Source: Prasinococcaceae sp. CCMP 1430 (Eukaryota; Plantae; Prasinodermophyta). From it: DNA of 64,000 bases. Every line of letters begins with the position of its first letter. The first letter of the stretch is position 1. The DNA lies in NCBI GenBank assembly GCA_013416795.1, contig RQSC01000002.1, positions 410,603-474,602 on the forward strand, in the 5' to 3' direction. This document shows, one piece after another, positions 52,465 to 63,005 of this stretch. The translations under genes were made by a program, and so were the position numbers. The notes beneath the pieces were generated by a model, which was not told where the DNA came from, did not search any database, and worked only from the letters and a program-made list of their open reading frames with translations.

Positions 52465-55400
52465 AGCTGAGAGAGCGGCGCCGAGCGCGCCGAGCGCGCC
52501 GAGCGCGCCGAGCGCGCCGAGCGCGCCGAGCGCGCCGAGCGTCCCGAGCTCGCGGAGCACGCTGAGCGCCCGGAGCGCGCAACCTCCGTCAAGGGAGACG
52601 CCACACCCGCGCCTGCGCGTCCAGATCCCTCGCCACCGCCTGATCCCTCCCAGCAGCAGACGCTCGTCTTCGGGTCGGTGAGCCGGGAGCTGCGCGACAA
52701 CGCAGACTGGCGGGGCGAGATTGGGGCCGTGCTCGCGCGCTCGACAGGCGCGCGGCGGGAGGCGCTGGCGGCGCTCGGCGAGCTGGCGCCACCGTGCGTG
52801 GGCCAGGCGGACGGCGAGGCCGCCGCGCTCTCGGCCTTGGCCCTCTCGAGCAACTGCAACGACGACAGCCTCGCCACCCCCGATGCTCCTCACAAGAGTG
52901 CCTCGAGCGGAGGCAGTGGCAGCGGCGCGGCGGCGCTACCGCGCCCCGGCAGCGGCCGCCTCGGCCGCTCCCAGAGCGCGGACGGGCAGGCACTCGACCC
53001 TAAGAAGCGTGCGCGCTCGGCAGTGCTGGACCTTTGCGACCGCGTGGAGCGCTTCCATGCCATGAAAGGAAGTGAGGAGGACACGGTCGGGCGCCTGGTC
53101 ACGCGCTGGACCGAGCTCTTCGGCGACGGTGAGCTGCCCCTGGCCGACGGGGCGGCACGAGGGGCGCGCGAGGGGGGCTTGGCTCCCAGTGAGCCCCAAA
53201 ACGCCCACCCTGGTCTGGAGTTTGCATCGCTCGTGACCCCCGACGTCGCGAACCGCATAGCCACCATGCGCGCGTGGCTGCGCCTGCGCGAGGCTTTCCG
53301 CCTGCTCTTGGAGCACGCGCGCGCCATCGACGCGCGCGCCGAGCGTGCACATGCGGCTGCAGGTGCCACGGGGCGAGCCAAGCAAGCCGTCTGGCCCTGC
53401 CACGAGGACGCTGCCGAGCTGGTCAGGCTCGCGCGTGGCGCGCTGGCGCGGCGCGCGGCGATCGGTCAGCGCATCTCCAACGAGCTGGGGCTCGATCCGA
53501 CAGGCTGCGCCGGCGCCGCGACGGAGACGCTGGCGCCAATGCTGCGCGCCGGCGCGCTATTCGCGCACGCCGGCGCGCGGGCGTGCGGCGCAGCGGCCGT
53601 GCGTGCGCAAGCCGAATACATGGATGCGGTGGGACCCGCGGACGAGCGCGAAGTGGGTTTGCGGCTCGCGGTCGAGCTCGGGCACGTGCGGCCGCTGGTC
53701 AGTATCGCCGTGGATGTGCTAGAGATTGCCAGGGAGATCGCCCCCGACGTGGCTGCGCCCGGTGCTGATGCCGACGTGCTGCGCGAGGTGCTGCGTGCGG
53801 GCGAGGCAGAGATCGCCAGCGCTACCCGTGCGGCTGTGGGCGCGTACAGCGGAGCGCTGCGCGCCGCCGACGGCGTTGGCGTTGCGGTGGCGGCCAGCGG
53901 CCGCAGCGCGGTGGATGAGTGGCGGTTTTGCTTGTCGATGGGCAAGAAGGTGCACGCGGCTATTACTGTGGTGCATGGCTTCGTTCCCGTGGCGTGCCAG
54001 CTGCTCGAGCGTGTGGGTGCGGCGCCCCACGGGGCGCGGCGCGGCGGGAGCAGAGGCGCCGCCGCTGCGGGCTGTGAGCAGGCCCGCGCGAGCCTCGAAC
54101 CCGGCGCTCGAGCGGCGAGGGCAAACGCCGATCTTGTGGCGGCTGAGGCGGACATCGCGGCGGCGCAGGAGCTCTGCGCGCTGCTCAACCGCGAGTCCTT
54201 TATTGAGCTGGCACCCTCCGAGGTTGCGGCGCTCCTGGAGGCCGTCGTTCGTGCCGGGGAGCGTGTGCACACGCTCGCCGTCGCGGCCGCCACTGAGGCG
54301 CTCAACTTCAGTGGCCTCTTGAGCGCGGCCGACCCGACCGCGTGGACAGTCGAACCCGCCGGTGCGGCGTCGTTGCCGCCGCCCCCTCTGTCCTCGAGGA
54401 CACCCGCCGCTGCTGCTTCTGCCGACAACGCCGCGCCGCCACCGGTGGCGCGCGTGCCGAACGCCTGCGCGCTCCTCGACCGTGCGCGTCGCGTCGCCCT
54501 GACTCTTGCGTCGGGCCCATTCTCCTCCGAGGAGCGCTTCGACTCGGCAATGTGCGAGCTGCACGTTTGCTGCGCTGAGGCCGCAGAGGCCTCACTTGAC
54601 CGCCTTCGCGACGCTGCGTCGGCGGGCGCGATCGCGACCACGCCCGATGCGCGGCGGGCCCTGTGCGCGACGCTCCCATACGTGAGTGACGCCTTGGGAT
54701 GCCTCCTGGACTTTGCCGAGGACATCAAGGACGAGTCGCCCAACCCCGTGCGCTACGACTTCAACTCGATAGGGCCGGACTACAGCCGCCACGGCGGGCG
54801 CCTCGCGGCGTGCATGGGCCGCGCGATGCGCTCTTTTGCGCGTCTTGCGCCGCTGGTGGTCGCTGTGCTCGGCGGCGCGGGAGCGCTCTCCGCCGTCGAG
54901 GCTTGGGCGTGCGAGTGCCTCTGCTGCGACGTGCTGCAGCTCTCACTAGACCTCTGGGAGCAGTTCGAGCTCGCCGAGGACACCTTCGCGGAGACGCGCG
55001 ATGCGACGCGCGAGGTGGCGAGCATGCTTCCCGGCCTCAGGCAGGATGTGGATGACCTCAAGGGTGAACTGCGACTTGTGGGCGGGTCTCCGCGCGTCGG
55101 CGGTGCCGCTCGCGATGTGATTACACCGGTGGCCGCCGCGACCTCGTCTGGGGCCGCAGCCGCGGCAGCCGACGGCCCAGGCGGCAGTGCCGACGCGGGG
55201 GCCGAAGGGGCGGCTCTAACCCTCATGCAGCTGGCCGATGCTGACGAGCGGCAGCAGCTGGGCATGCACGCGAGCCCAAGCGCGAGCAGCTTCCTCTCGG
55301 AGAGCTTCGACTCGTCCGAGAGCGAGCAGTGGGAGATTCCGATCGCCGAGCTTCCGCAGCCCTGGACGAAGATCGGCGAGGGTTCCGGCGGCGTGGTGTT

Positions 55401-56955
55401 TAAAGCCACACACATGCACTCGCCCGTGGCTGTGAAGGTGCTCGCCAACTCGCTGCGATCGCTCACAGAGGAGCAGCAGCAGCAGGTCAGTGCGGAGGTG
55501 TCCATGCTCAAGCACCTGCGCCATGCCAACCTCGTCCGATTCTTCGGGGTAGGCGCCGAGGAGGGTTTATTCGTCGTCACCGAACTCTGCGCACACAAGA
55601 GCCTCCACGACGTCCTCAAGGTCGCGCGAGCCGCAGCAGCAAGGCCGTCTCGACCTCCTGGTGCCCCGGCAAGCTTCCACGACAGGATAGCGCACAATGT
55701 TGGCCTCAGATTGAAGCTGGCCCTCGATGCCGCCAAGGGCATGTCATACCTGCACTCGCGGAGGATCTTCCACAGGTATCACGCGCACGCGCCTTGGCGC
55801 GAATCCGCCGCTCTCCGCCCGAAGCGCCGCCGCTGACACCTGACCCCAACGACCCACAGGGACATGAAGACGCCCAACATTTTAGTTGACAGTCACGGCA
55901 CAGCTAAAATTGCTGACTACGGGCACGCGGTGCAACTCAGCCGCGGGGAGGAGACTAAAGAGGGTTCCAAGGTCGGGGGTGTGACCAACGCCTGGTGGCT
56001 CTCGCCCGAGCGGCTACGACATGAGCGTCACGGATTTGAAAGTGACGTTTGGGCGTTCGGCGTGTGCCTGTGGGAGGTGCTCACTCTAAAGCAGCCGTGG
56101 GTGGAGCAGAAGCGCCTGTACGGCGAGAATGTGCATGGTACGTCGCTGCAATGATTGGCTGCCCTCGCCTGACCCTGCTGCGTTACGTGGTAGTAATGTG
56201 GCCTTGTTCTGACCCGGCATGGCCTGCAATGCTCCCTGTCCCCTGGCGCCTGCCCCCCAACTGTGCCGCAAACGCTTGCAATCGCAGTCGCCATCGCCTA
56301 CAACGCCTTTCCGAGCTCGGATGCGTTCTCTAGCTTCTTTGGGGACGGCCGCTGTGGCGGGTGTCCTGTACCTTCGTCTGAGGAGCTTGAGGCGATGGGC
56401 GTCGAGCAAGAGGTTGGTGAGCACGTGCTACGCATCATGAGCGAGTGCTTTCGCTTGGAGCCCGCCGAGCGCCCGACGTTTCACGTCATTGTCGCGCAAC
56501 TCAAGGACGTTGTGCAACTCGCCATGAGAGTCGGCACCAGGGCACAGCCCGGGGGCGCAGCCAACGCCACGTCATACGACGCTCGCGCTCGGGTGCGGCC
56601 AGGTGCTGGCGCAAGACCCGCAACACACGCTCGTGCCAGCCAGATTTCAAACGCGCACACCGCCTCGACTGCGCCAGTGGCCGCAGCTGTGGGCGCAGCC
56701 GCTGGTACTAGCGCAGTGTCGAGCGGACACCGCACCGCCGTGCCTGCACGAGCGGCGTCACAGCGTGGCGAAAGCACGCCCCCGGAGGGAAGCTTGTTGG
56801 TGCGAGAAGGGCTCTTTGGGTCCCTACAACGTTGGTTCCGAAGCGTGCTGGCGCTGGTGATTCGCCCAGGTGTGCTCTCACGCGTGGTTGAGTCGGTGGG
56901 CCTTCGCGCTGCCGGTGCCAGACCGGCAGCGGCAGCGAGGAGCGCGGGTGACTGA
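52465..56955 (+). CDS. TKL/Raf-like protein kinase with long helical N-terminal region, 5'-incomplete; introns 55776-55859 and 56138-56287
   Basis: IGEGSGGVVF, VAVKVL, EVSMLKHLRHANLVRFFG, AAKGMSYLH, spliced HRDMKTPN, KIADYG, SDVWAFGVCLWEVLT.KQPW, CFRLEPAERPTF. Confidence 0.85.
52478..52546 (+). repeat. 9-bp tandem repeat (GAGCGCGCC)n encoding (ERA)n
   Basis: About seven near-perfect copies in frame with the kinase ORF. Confidence 0.85.
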
Positions 56956-57482
56956 GCGCGGCAGACGTAATACTTGATATCTTCGCGCATGTACAATCTG
57001 ATCTCCGTCCCCCGGGGAACCACGGACCCCCCCCCTCCCCCAAAAAAGCGATGTTTGAGGTTACCAATATGTGCAGTAGGGTTTACTCCGTGGTTTCTCT
57101 CCGGCCCTTCCATCACTCCGAAAGGGACGCGAGTTCCGGCTCGCGGCCGCGCAGCGAGTGGATAGCGTTGCGCCAGCGAGCTGCGGCCGGCGCACCCGCA
57201 GCAGGCGGAGGGGAGCGGGCGCGGCAGCAACCTGTTCGTTTCTGGAATCAAGGTGGATTCCGAGCACTCGCGCGCGCGCTGTGGCGCCGCCCCACCCCGC
57301 CCCGCCCCTCTCGAACCCCGAGACTTCGTGGCGCTCCCCCGGGGGTCGCCCCTCGCCGACCCGGGGGATGATTCGGGGAATATGCACAATGTCCGGCCGA
57401 ATATTCGTGTGTTCGGCGGAGAAGGCCCCGTTCGAATCCTCGCCGTCGACGACTGGACGCAGGACCTCGAACGGGATGTGAT

Positions 57483-57750
57483 GACTACACCGTGGGTACG
57501 TGTGAGGTCTTTTTTTCTTCATGCATTTCCAATTGGCGTGTGGGGCCGGGCATGAGGGCAGGTCAAAAAGCATGCTTTTTGACGTGCCCTCACGCCCATC
57601 TCCATACACCCATAAACACCTCACACGTACCCACGGTGTAGTCCAAACGGATGCGATCGAGCGCTATGCGCGTTTGGACTACACCGTGGGTACGTGTGAG
57701 GTGTTTATGGGTGTATGGAGATGGGGATGAGGGCAGGTCAAAAAGCGTGC
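57483..57750. repeat. Three-copy (+,-,+) repeat with a 76-bp inverted-repeat hairpin (arms 57574-57649 and 57671-57746, 21-nt loop)
   Basis: The arms are reverse complements with 3 mismatches. A diverged third copy at 57483-57571 shares GACTACACCGTGGGTACGTGTGAGGT and ATGAGGGCAGGTCAAAAAGC. Confidence 0.92.
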
Positions 57751-60448
57751 GATCGAGGCGGCGGTGCGTGCGCTGCGTGCACGGGTGCGGCGGTGCAGGT
57801 GCGCGGGGGCGCCACACCGCGCGCAGGCGGGGGGTGAGGTGGGCGCGGTGGCAGAGGCGGCTGGTGACGCGTACGCGTCGCTCGAGGCGGCACTGCAGGG
57901 CGCCTTGACCGAGGGCCGCGAGCTAGGAGGCGCGTTCGCTTCGTGGCTGGAGGCGCACGGCGCGAGCACCGGGCTCGTCGGACAAGCCGAGTCTGTTGCC
58001 GCGTCACTTGCAGGGACGCATGGGCCGACGGCCGGAGCGGCCGCAGGGGGTGCGACGGCGCTCGCCCTCGCGCTTGCGGCGTCGCTCGCAGGAGAGGGCG
58101 ACCCGAACTCCGAGTGGGCGCGCCTCGCCTCGAGCGAGGACGAGGAAGAGCCCGAGGAGCTCAAGATTTATGACCCCGCCACAGCGAAGGCGTACTTTCT
58201 CCGACGGCCGCTCACACTCCTTCGGAGGGGTTGGCGGAGCGGTGTCCTCCTGGGTGGGTTCTCCGCGGGTCTCTGGCTGGACAACAAGCTGGGCCTGCGC
58301 CCCGAAGACGACGACGACGTGCGCGCCGCCACCGACGCGAAGAGAGCCGCCCAGCTTCGCTCCATCCTGATCCGCCTGGGCCCCACGTACGTGAAATTGG
58401 GCCAGATCCTCTCCTCGCGGCAGGATCTGTTGCCACCGCCCTACATTGCAGAGCTGCGCACGCTGCAAGACTCCGTGCCGCCGTTCAGCGATGACCTGGC
58501 GAGGCGCGTCGTGGCCGCCGAGCTCGGTCCGGCGATGGCCGCGAGGATCGAATACGTGCAGGAGCAGCCCGTGGCGAGCGCGTCGCTCGGGCAGGTGTAC
58601 CGCGCGCGGCTCACTGGCGGCGGCCAGGAGGGCAAGGAGGTCGCGCTCAAGGTGCAGCGCCCAGGAGCGCTGTGCGCGGTGTCGCTTGACGTCGCCATTA
58701 TTCGGCTGGTGGGACCCACCCTGTACAAGATCAACGACAAGGGAGGGAACCTCGATGCCAAGGCCCTGATCGACGAGTGGGGTTCACGCTTCGTAGACGA
58801 GTTGGATTATCAGCTCGAGGCGGCGAACGGCACTGCGTTCGCTGCGGCGATGCGCGACAGGCGCGACGCCCTCGGCGACGCGGTGTCGGCGCCAGCGATC
58901 GACGAGAGCATGAGCTCACGAAAGGTACTCACTGCCGAGTGGATTGATGGCTGCAGGCTCGATGAGTCACCTGAAGATGAGACGGGCAGACTGTGTGCCG
59001 TCGCGCTCTGCGCCTACCTTTCGATGTTGCTGGACAACGGCACCTTGCACGTCGACCCGCACCCCGGCAACCTGCTGCGCGCATCTGATGGGCGCCTGAT
59101 TATCCTCGACTGGGGCCTCGTGACAACCGTGACCACCAGCCAGCGCGAGGCAATCCTCACCTTCATCGCACACATCGTGTCGTCCGACTTCGAGTCTATC
59201 GACGAGGACCTTTTGGCGATGGGATTCGTTCCGCCAGAGAAGGCAGACGCACTAAAGGACGCCGGGCTCAGCCGTGCCATCGGGACGCTCTTCAGCGCGC
59301 TCGCGGCTGGTGGAGGTGCTGCTGGCTTTCGCAGCCAGCTCGGCTTGCCATCCACCGACGCCGAGCTCAAGGAGCTTCGCGACAAGATCAAAGACGTCAA
59401 GGGCCGAGAGGCGCGCAAGGCGGCGTTTATCGAGGCTACGGGCGGGGGGCAATCCAAGGTGGCGAAGCTCTCCCGCGACCTCGAAGATGTCCAAAAAAAG
59501 TTTGGAAATGTCTTCACAATACCGGCGTACTTTGGCTACATCCTTCGAGCGTTCAGCGTGCTCGAGGGCATCGGCCTGGCAACGGATCCGTCGTATTCCA
59601 TTGCGCTTGAGTGCTACCCGTTCGTCGCGCGCCGGTTGCTCACCGACAGCTCGCCGGCCACGCGGCGCGCGCTCGAGCAATTGCTGTACGGAGCTGGAGA
59701 TCGCCTATCGCTCGAGCGAGCGACGCAGCTCGCCGAGGCATTTGGGACGTACACGGCCCTTGTGCCGCCCGAGGATGCACGCGGGGGCAGTGCGTCTGTG
59801 GTTGGTGGTAGTGAGAACGACGATGCTCCATCCATTGCCCCACCTGCGAAGGAGGCACTCCGCATCGCGCTCGCGCCCGAGGGTGGCCCTTTGCAGGACA
59901 TTCTCATCCGCGAAGCTGCGCGTCTGGCGGGCGCCTCGGCGGCGTCGGCCGCCCAGGGTGCCGCTGCGTCGCTGTTCGAGGCGGGCGGCATACTCGAGCG
60001 ACAGGGGGCCGCCGCACGTGCGCTTGACAGCACCGCTCCAGCACTGCGCACCGCGTTGTTCCCGTTTCCCACGCCATACGAGATCTACGTGGAGAGCATC
60101 GCGCCGGCGCTCAGCGAGGCGGTGTCGACAGGGGGGGCAGATGATGACGCGGCGAAGGTTGTTGAGTTGCTCGCCAGCTCCTTTGCGCCCACCGGGGATG
60201 CTGCAGCTGCGTCTGATTCGACCCTGCCGACGCCCATTGCGCCGCTGCCCGAGCTGCCCACCTTGCCCGGACTGCCGCAACTGCCCGACGCCGAGGTCGC
60301 CAGCGAGTACGCCGAGCTGGCCGCGGAGCTCGCGCCGGGTGCCCAGCTAGCCGCATTGCGCTTCGGCTCGAGGCTGCTGGAGGACGCGGCCGAGCGCGTC
60401 GCTGCGGCGTCCGCGCCCGCGTCGCAGCGCTCTACCCGCCAGCAGTGA
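57666..60448 (+). CDS. ABC1K/UbiB atypical kinase (plastid-type); start inferred
   Basis: LGPTYVKLGQILSSRQDLLP, LQDSVPPF, PVASASLGQVYRA, VALKVQRP, ELDYQLEAAN, LHVDPHPGNL, IILDWGL. No in-frame ATG unless the 47-nt intron 57690-57736 is spliced out (ATG 57666 or 57651). Confidence 0.88.
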
Positions 60449-60625
60449 TGGAGGCTCGCTCCCGAGTTGCAGCATTCTGGGCTGCCGTGTCCTGTGGGTG
60501 CGATTACAGTGATGCGCAACGTGGCCAAGGTGGCTCGCCGCACTGGCTATCGCGTGCACACCAACGGCGTTCTCAACATAACGACGACACCCTACTTACT
60601 GAGGAGTTGGCCAAACCAACGTTCA

Positions 60626-62274
60626 TCACCGCGTCATGAACACGTTCTGAGTCATCGCTCCCTTGCTCATCCGTGCCGCGTCCTCCAGCGCGTCTACCTC
60701 GCCGTCCGTCAGCCGCCACCCCAGCGCCCCTAGGTTCTCGCGCGCCTGTGAGACGTCCTTGGCGCCGACGATCGGCAGCGCCCCCTTGCACATCGTCCAG
60801 TTGATCGCCACCTGCGCCTGCGTCTTACCACGCTCGTCGGCGACCATTTCCAGGCACTCCAGCAGCGGGGCCGCCCCCGGCAGCACCGAGGCCATCAGCC
60901 GGCCCCGCACCCCGGGCGGCAACCGCCGCTCGCTCGCGCTGTATTTCCCCGTGAGCATGCCGAGCCCCAGGGGCGAGTAGGCGATCATGGTCACGCCGAG
61001 GTCGTCGCAGGCGGCCTTGGTGTCGCCGGGCGCGCCCTGGAATGACAGCAGCGAGTACTGCACCTGGTTGCTCGCCAGCGGCACGCCCGCCTCGCGCAGC
61101 TGCCGCTCCACCCTGGCGAGCTCCCGCGGCCCGTAGTTGCTCAGGCCCACACCGCGCGCGAGGCCGCGTTCGTAAATCTCCACCAGGCCCCGCACCATTC
61201 CGCGCTCCTGCAGCGGCGCGTACTTCGCCGCCGACCAGTGGAGCTGCGCGAGCGCTAGGCAGTCCTCGCCCCCCCCCAGGCGCGCACGGCTCGCCTCGCA
61301 GGCGCTCACCATCTGTCCGGCGGTCACGCGCCAGGGGTACGCCGCGAGCTTGGTTATGACGTTGACGCCTCCGGGCGGCACCCGCCCCGTGTACCGCTCG
61401 CCGAAGTCGCCCAGCAGCGTCTCGGCGCGCCCTTCGAGCTTGCCCGTGCCGTAGGAGTCCGCGCTGTCGAAGACGTTGACGCCCGCCGAGACGACAAGGT
61501 CGTACGCCTCGCGCAGCGTCTCGTCGTCGTCGGTGTCGTACTGCCACAGCAGCTTGTTGCCCCACGCCCACGTGCCCTGGGTGCGAAAATGAAGAGAGAG
61601 AGAGAGAAGACGGGCGCGGGAGTCAGCGCCAGCGTGAGGGCGATGCGACGCACGCTCGCGCGCACGCACGGGCGGGCGCTCGCGCGCGCACGGGCCCTCG
61701 CGCGGGCGGTTGCGCTCGCGGTCACGCGCGCTCGCGGGGGTGTTTGGGTACAATGCGCGCGCTCGCGCGTGGGATGGCGGTGGCGGCGATGGTGTGTGTG
61801 TGTGTGTGTGTGTGTTCGCGCGCGCGCGATTGTGGTGGTGACGGTGGGGGAGGACGACGCAAGCGCATGTGCGCCTCCGTCCGTCGCAGCTAGTCCTCGC
61901 GGAGAAGCCCGCGGTGGGTCGCTCCTGCTCCGGCGGCGCGCGCGCGCGCTCGCACCACTCCCATGGGCGACGCCAGGACGTCTGACGCCCCGAGCTTGCG
62001 GTACTGCGAGCGCGGAATGGTGCCGCCGCTCCCGATCTTGCCGCGCCCGAGCAGCCCCTCCAGCGACGGCGCCTGCGGAAGCTGCAGGCGCGGCCAGTCC
62101 GCCGCGCGCGCCGGCGCTCGGCGGGCAGTATATGTACACGTTGTGGTCCTCACCGCTCACCGGCTTCTCCTCCTGCCGCGCCTGCCGCGCCTGCCGCGCG
62201 GAGGAGTAGGGGGCGGCGGCGCGAGCGCGCGGGCGCGTGCGCGCCCCCGCCACCGCATGCGCGAGTGTCCCCAT
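60626..62274 (-). CDS. PLR1: Pyridoxal reductase PLR1-like aldo-keto reductase; exons 62274-62161, 62072-61956, 61576-60626
   Basis: SPMGV|GTWAWGNKLLWQY, FDSADSYGTG, TKLAAYPWR, QLHWS..YAPLQE, SNYGP, NQVQYSLL, AYSPLGLGMLTGKY, LGALGWRL, MTQNVFMTR; both introns phase 0. Confidence 0.9.
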
Positions 62275-62634
62275 CGTTCCCCCCCCCTTCCTGCTCACCC
62301 CGCGCCCCGCCTCGCCCTCCGCGCTCGCGCTCCGCTGTGGCGCCGCGTCCCCGCGGCGGCGTCACTGCTGCGGATCGGGTGCGGATGTGGGAGAGGAGAG
62401 GGCAAACAAAACAAACCCCCCCTCCGCTCCCGCTCGCTTTTTGTATTGGTATCGGCATCGGCATCGGCGCGCCGCGGCGGGCTCGCGCGATGCGCCCGCA
62501 GGCGTTGTGGCTTTGGCTTTGAATGTACGTGGACCCTCTGTACAAACATACCCAAATACAATGTACTGTACTGTACTGTACAGTGCAGTCCCTCTGTTCC
62601 GCAAAAAACTATCTCATTTGTTTTGATATATAAA

Positions 62635-62713
62635 TAGGGTCTTACCCCAATGGCGCGTAAATTCGTGTGCGATACGTCACTTATAATCCATATCGGTTAG
62701 GGTTATGACCTAA
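62635..62713. promoter_or_regulatory. AT-rich divergent promoter with telo-box-like motifs
   Basis: tagggtct and ggttagggttatgacctaacc between the divergent PLR1 and Nei genes. Confidence 0.5.
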
Positions 62714-63005
62714 CCGCAACTCGAAACCGGGCGCTCGGAAGCCCCGAACGTGGCGCCCGCGGACGCCCGCGCGCGCGGAATCGCCGCCATCCGTTTTGAT
62801 GGTAGTCGGCCGTCACGCCGCGCCCGCGGACTGCCATCAAAATACATTGTGGAAAAGACGATGGTTTTTCTATCAATCCTAATGAAAAGGGGCTCCGCGC
62901 TCGCGCTCTCGAGCGCTGCGAGCTCGTCGCGCGCCCGTGTGTCGGCGCGCCACGCGCGCGCGGCGTGCACCGGCGCGAGCGCGCGGGGCGCGCGCGCAGG
63001 CCGCG

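Noticed and set aside
57425-57445. GTTCGAATCC resembling a tRNA T-loop/B-box
   Set aside because: The flanks (CCCCG/CCTCG) cannot form a T-stem, and no D-arm, anticodon arm or acceptor stem is present
57483-57746. CRISPR- or TIGR-like array reading of the repeats
   Set aside because: Only three units in alternating orientation, no regular spacers and no nearby effector gene; eukaryotic context
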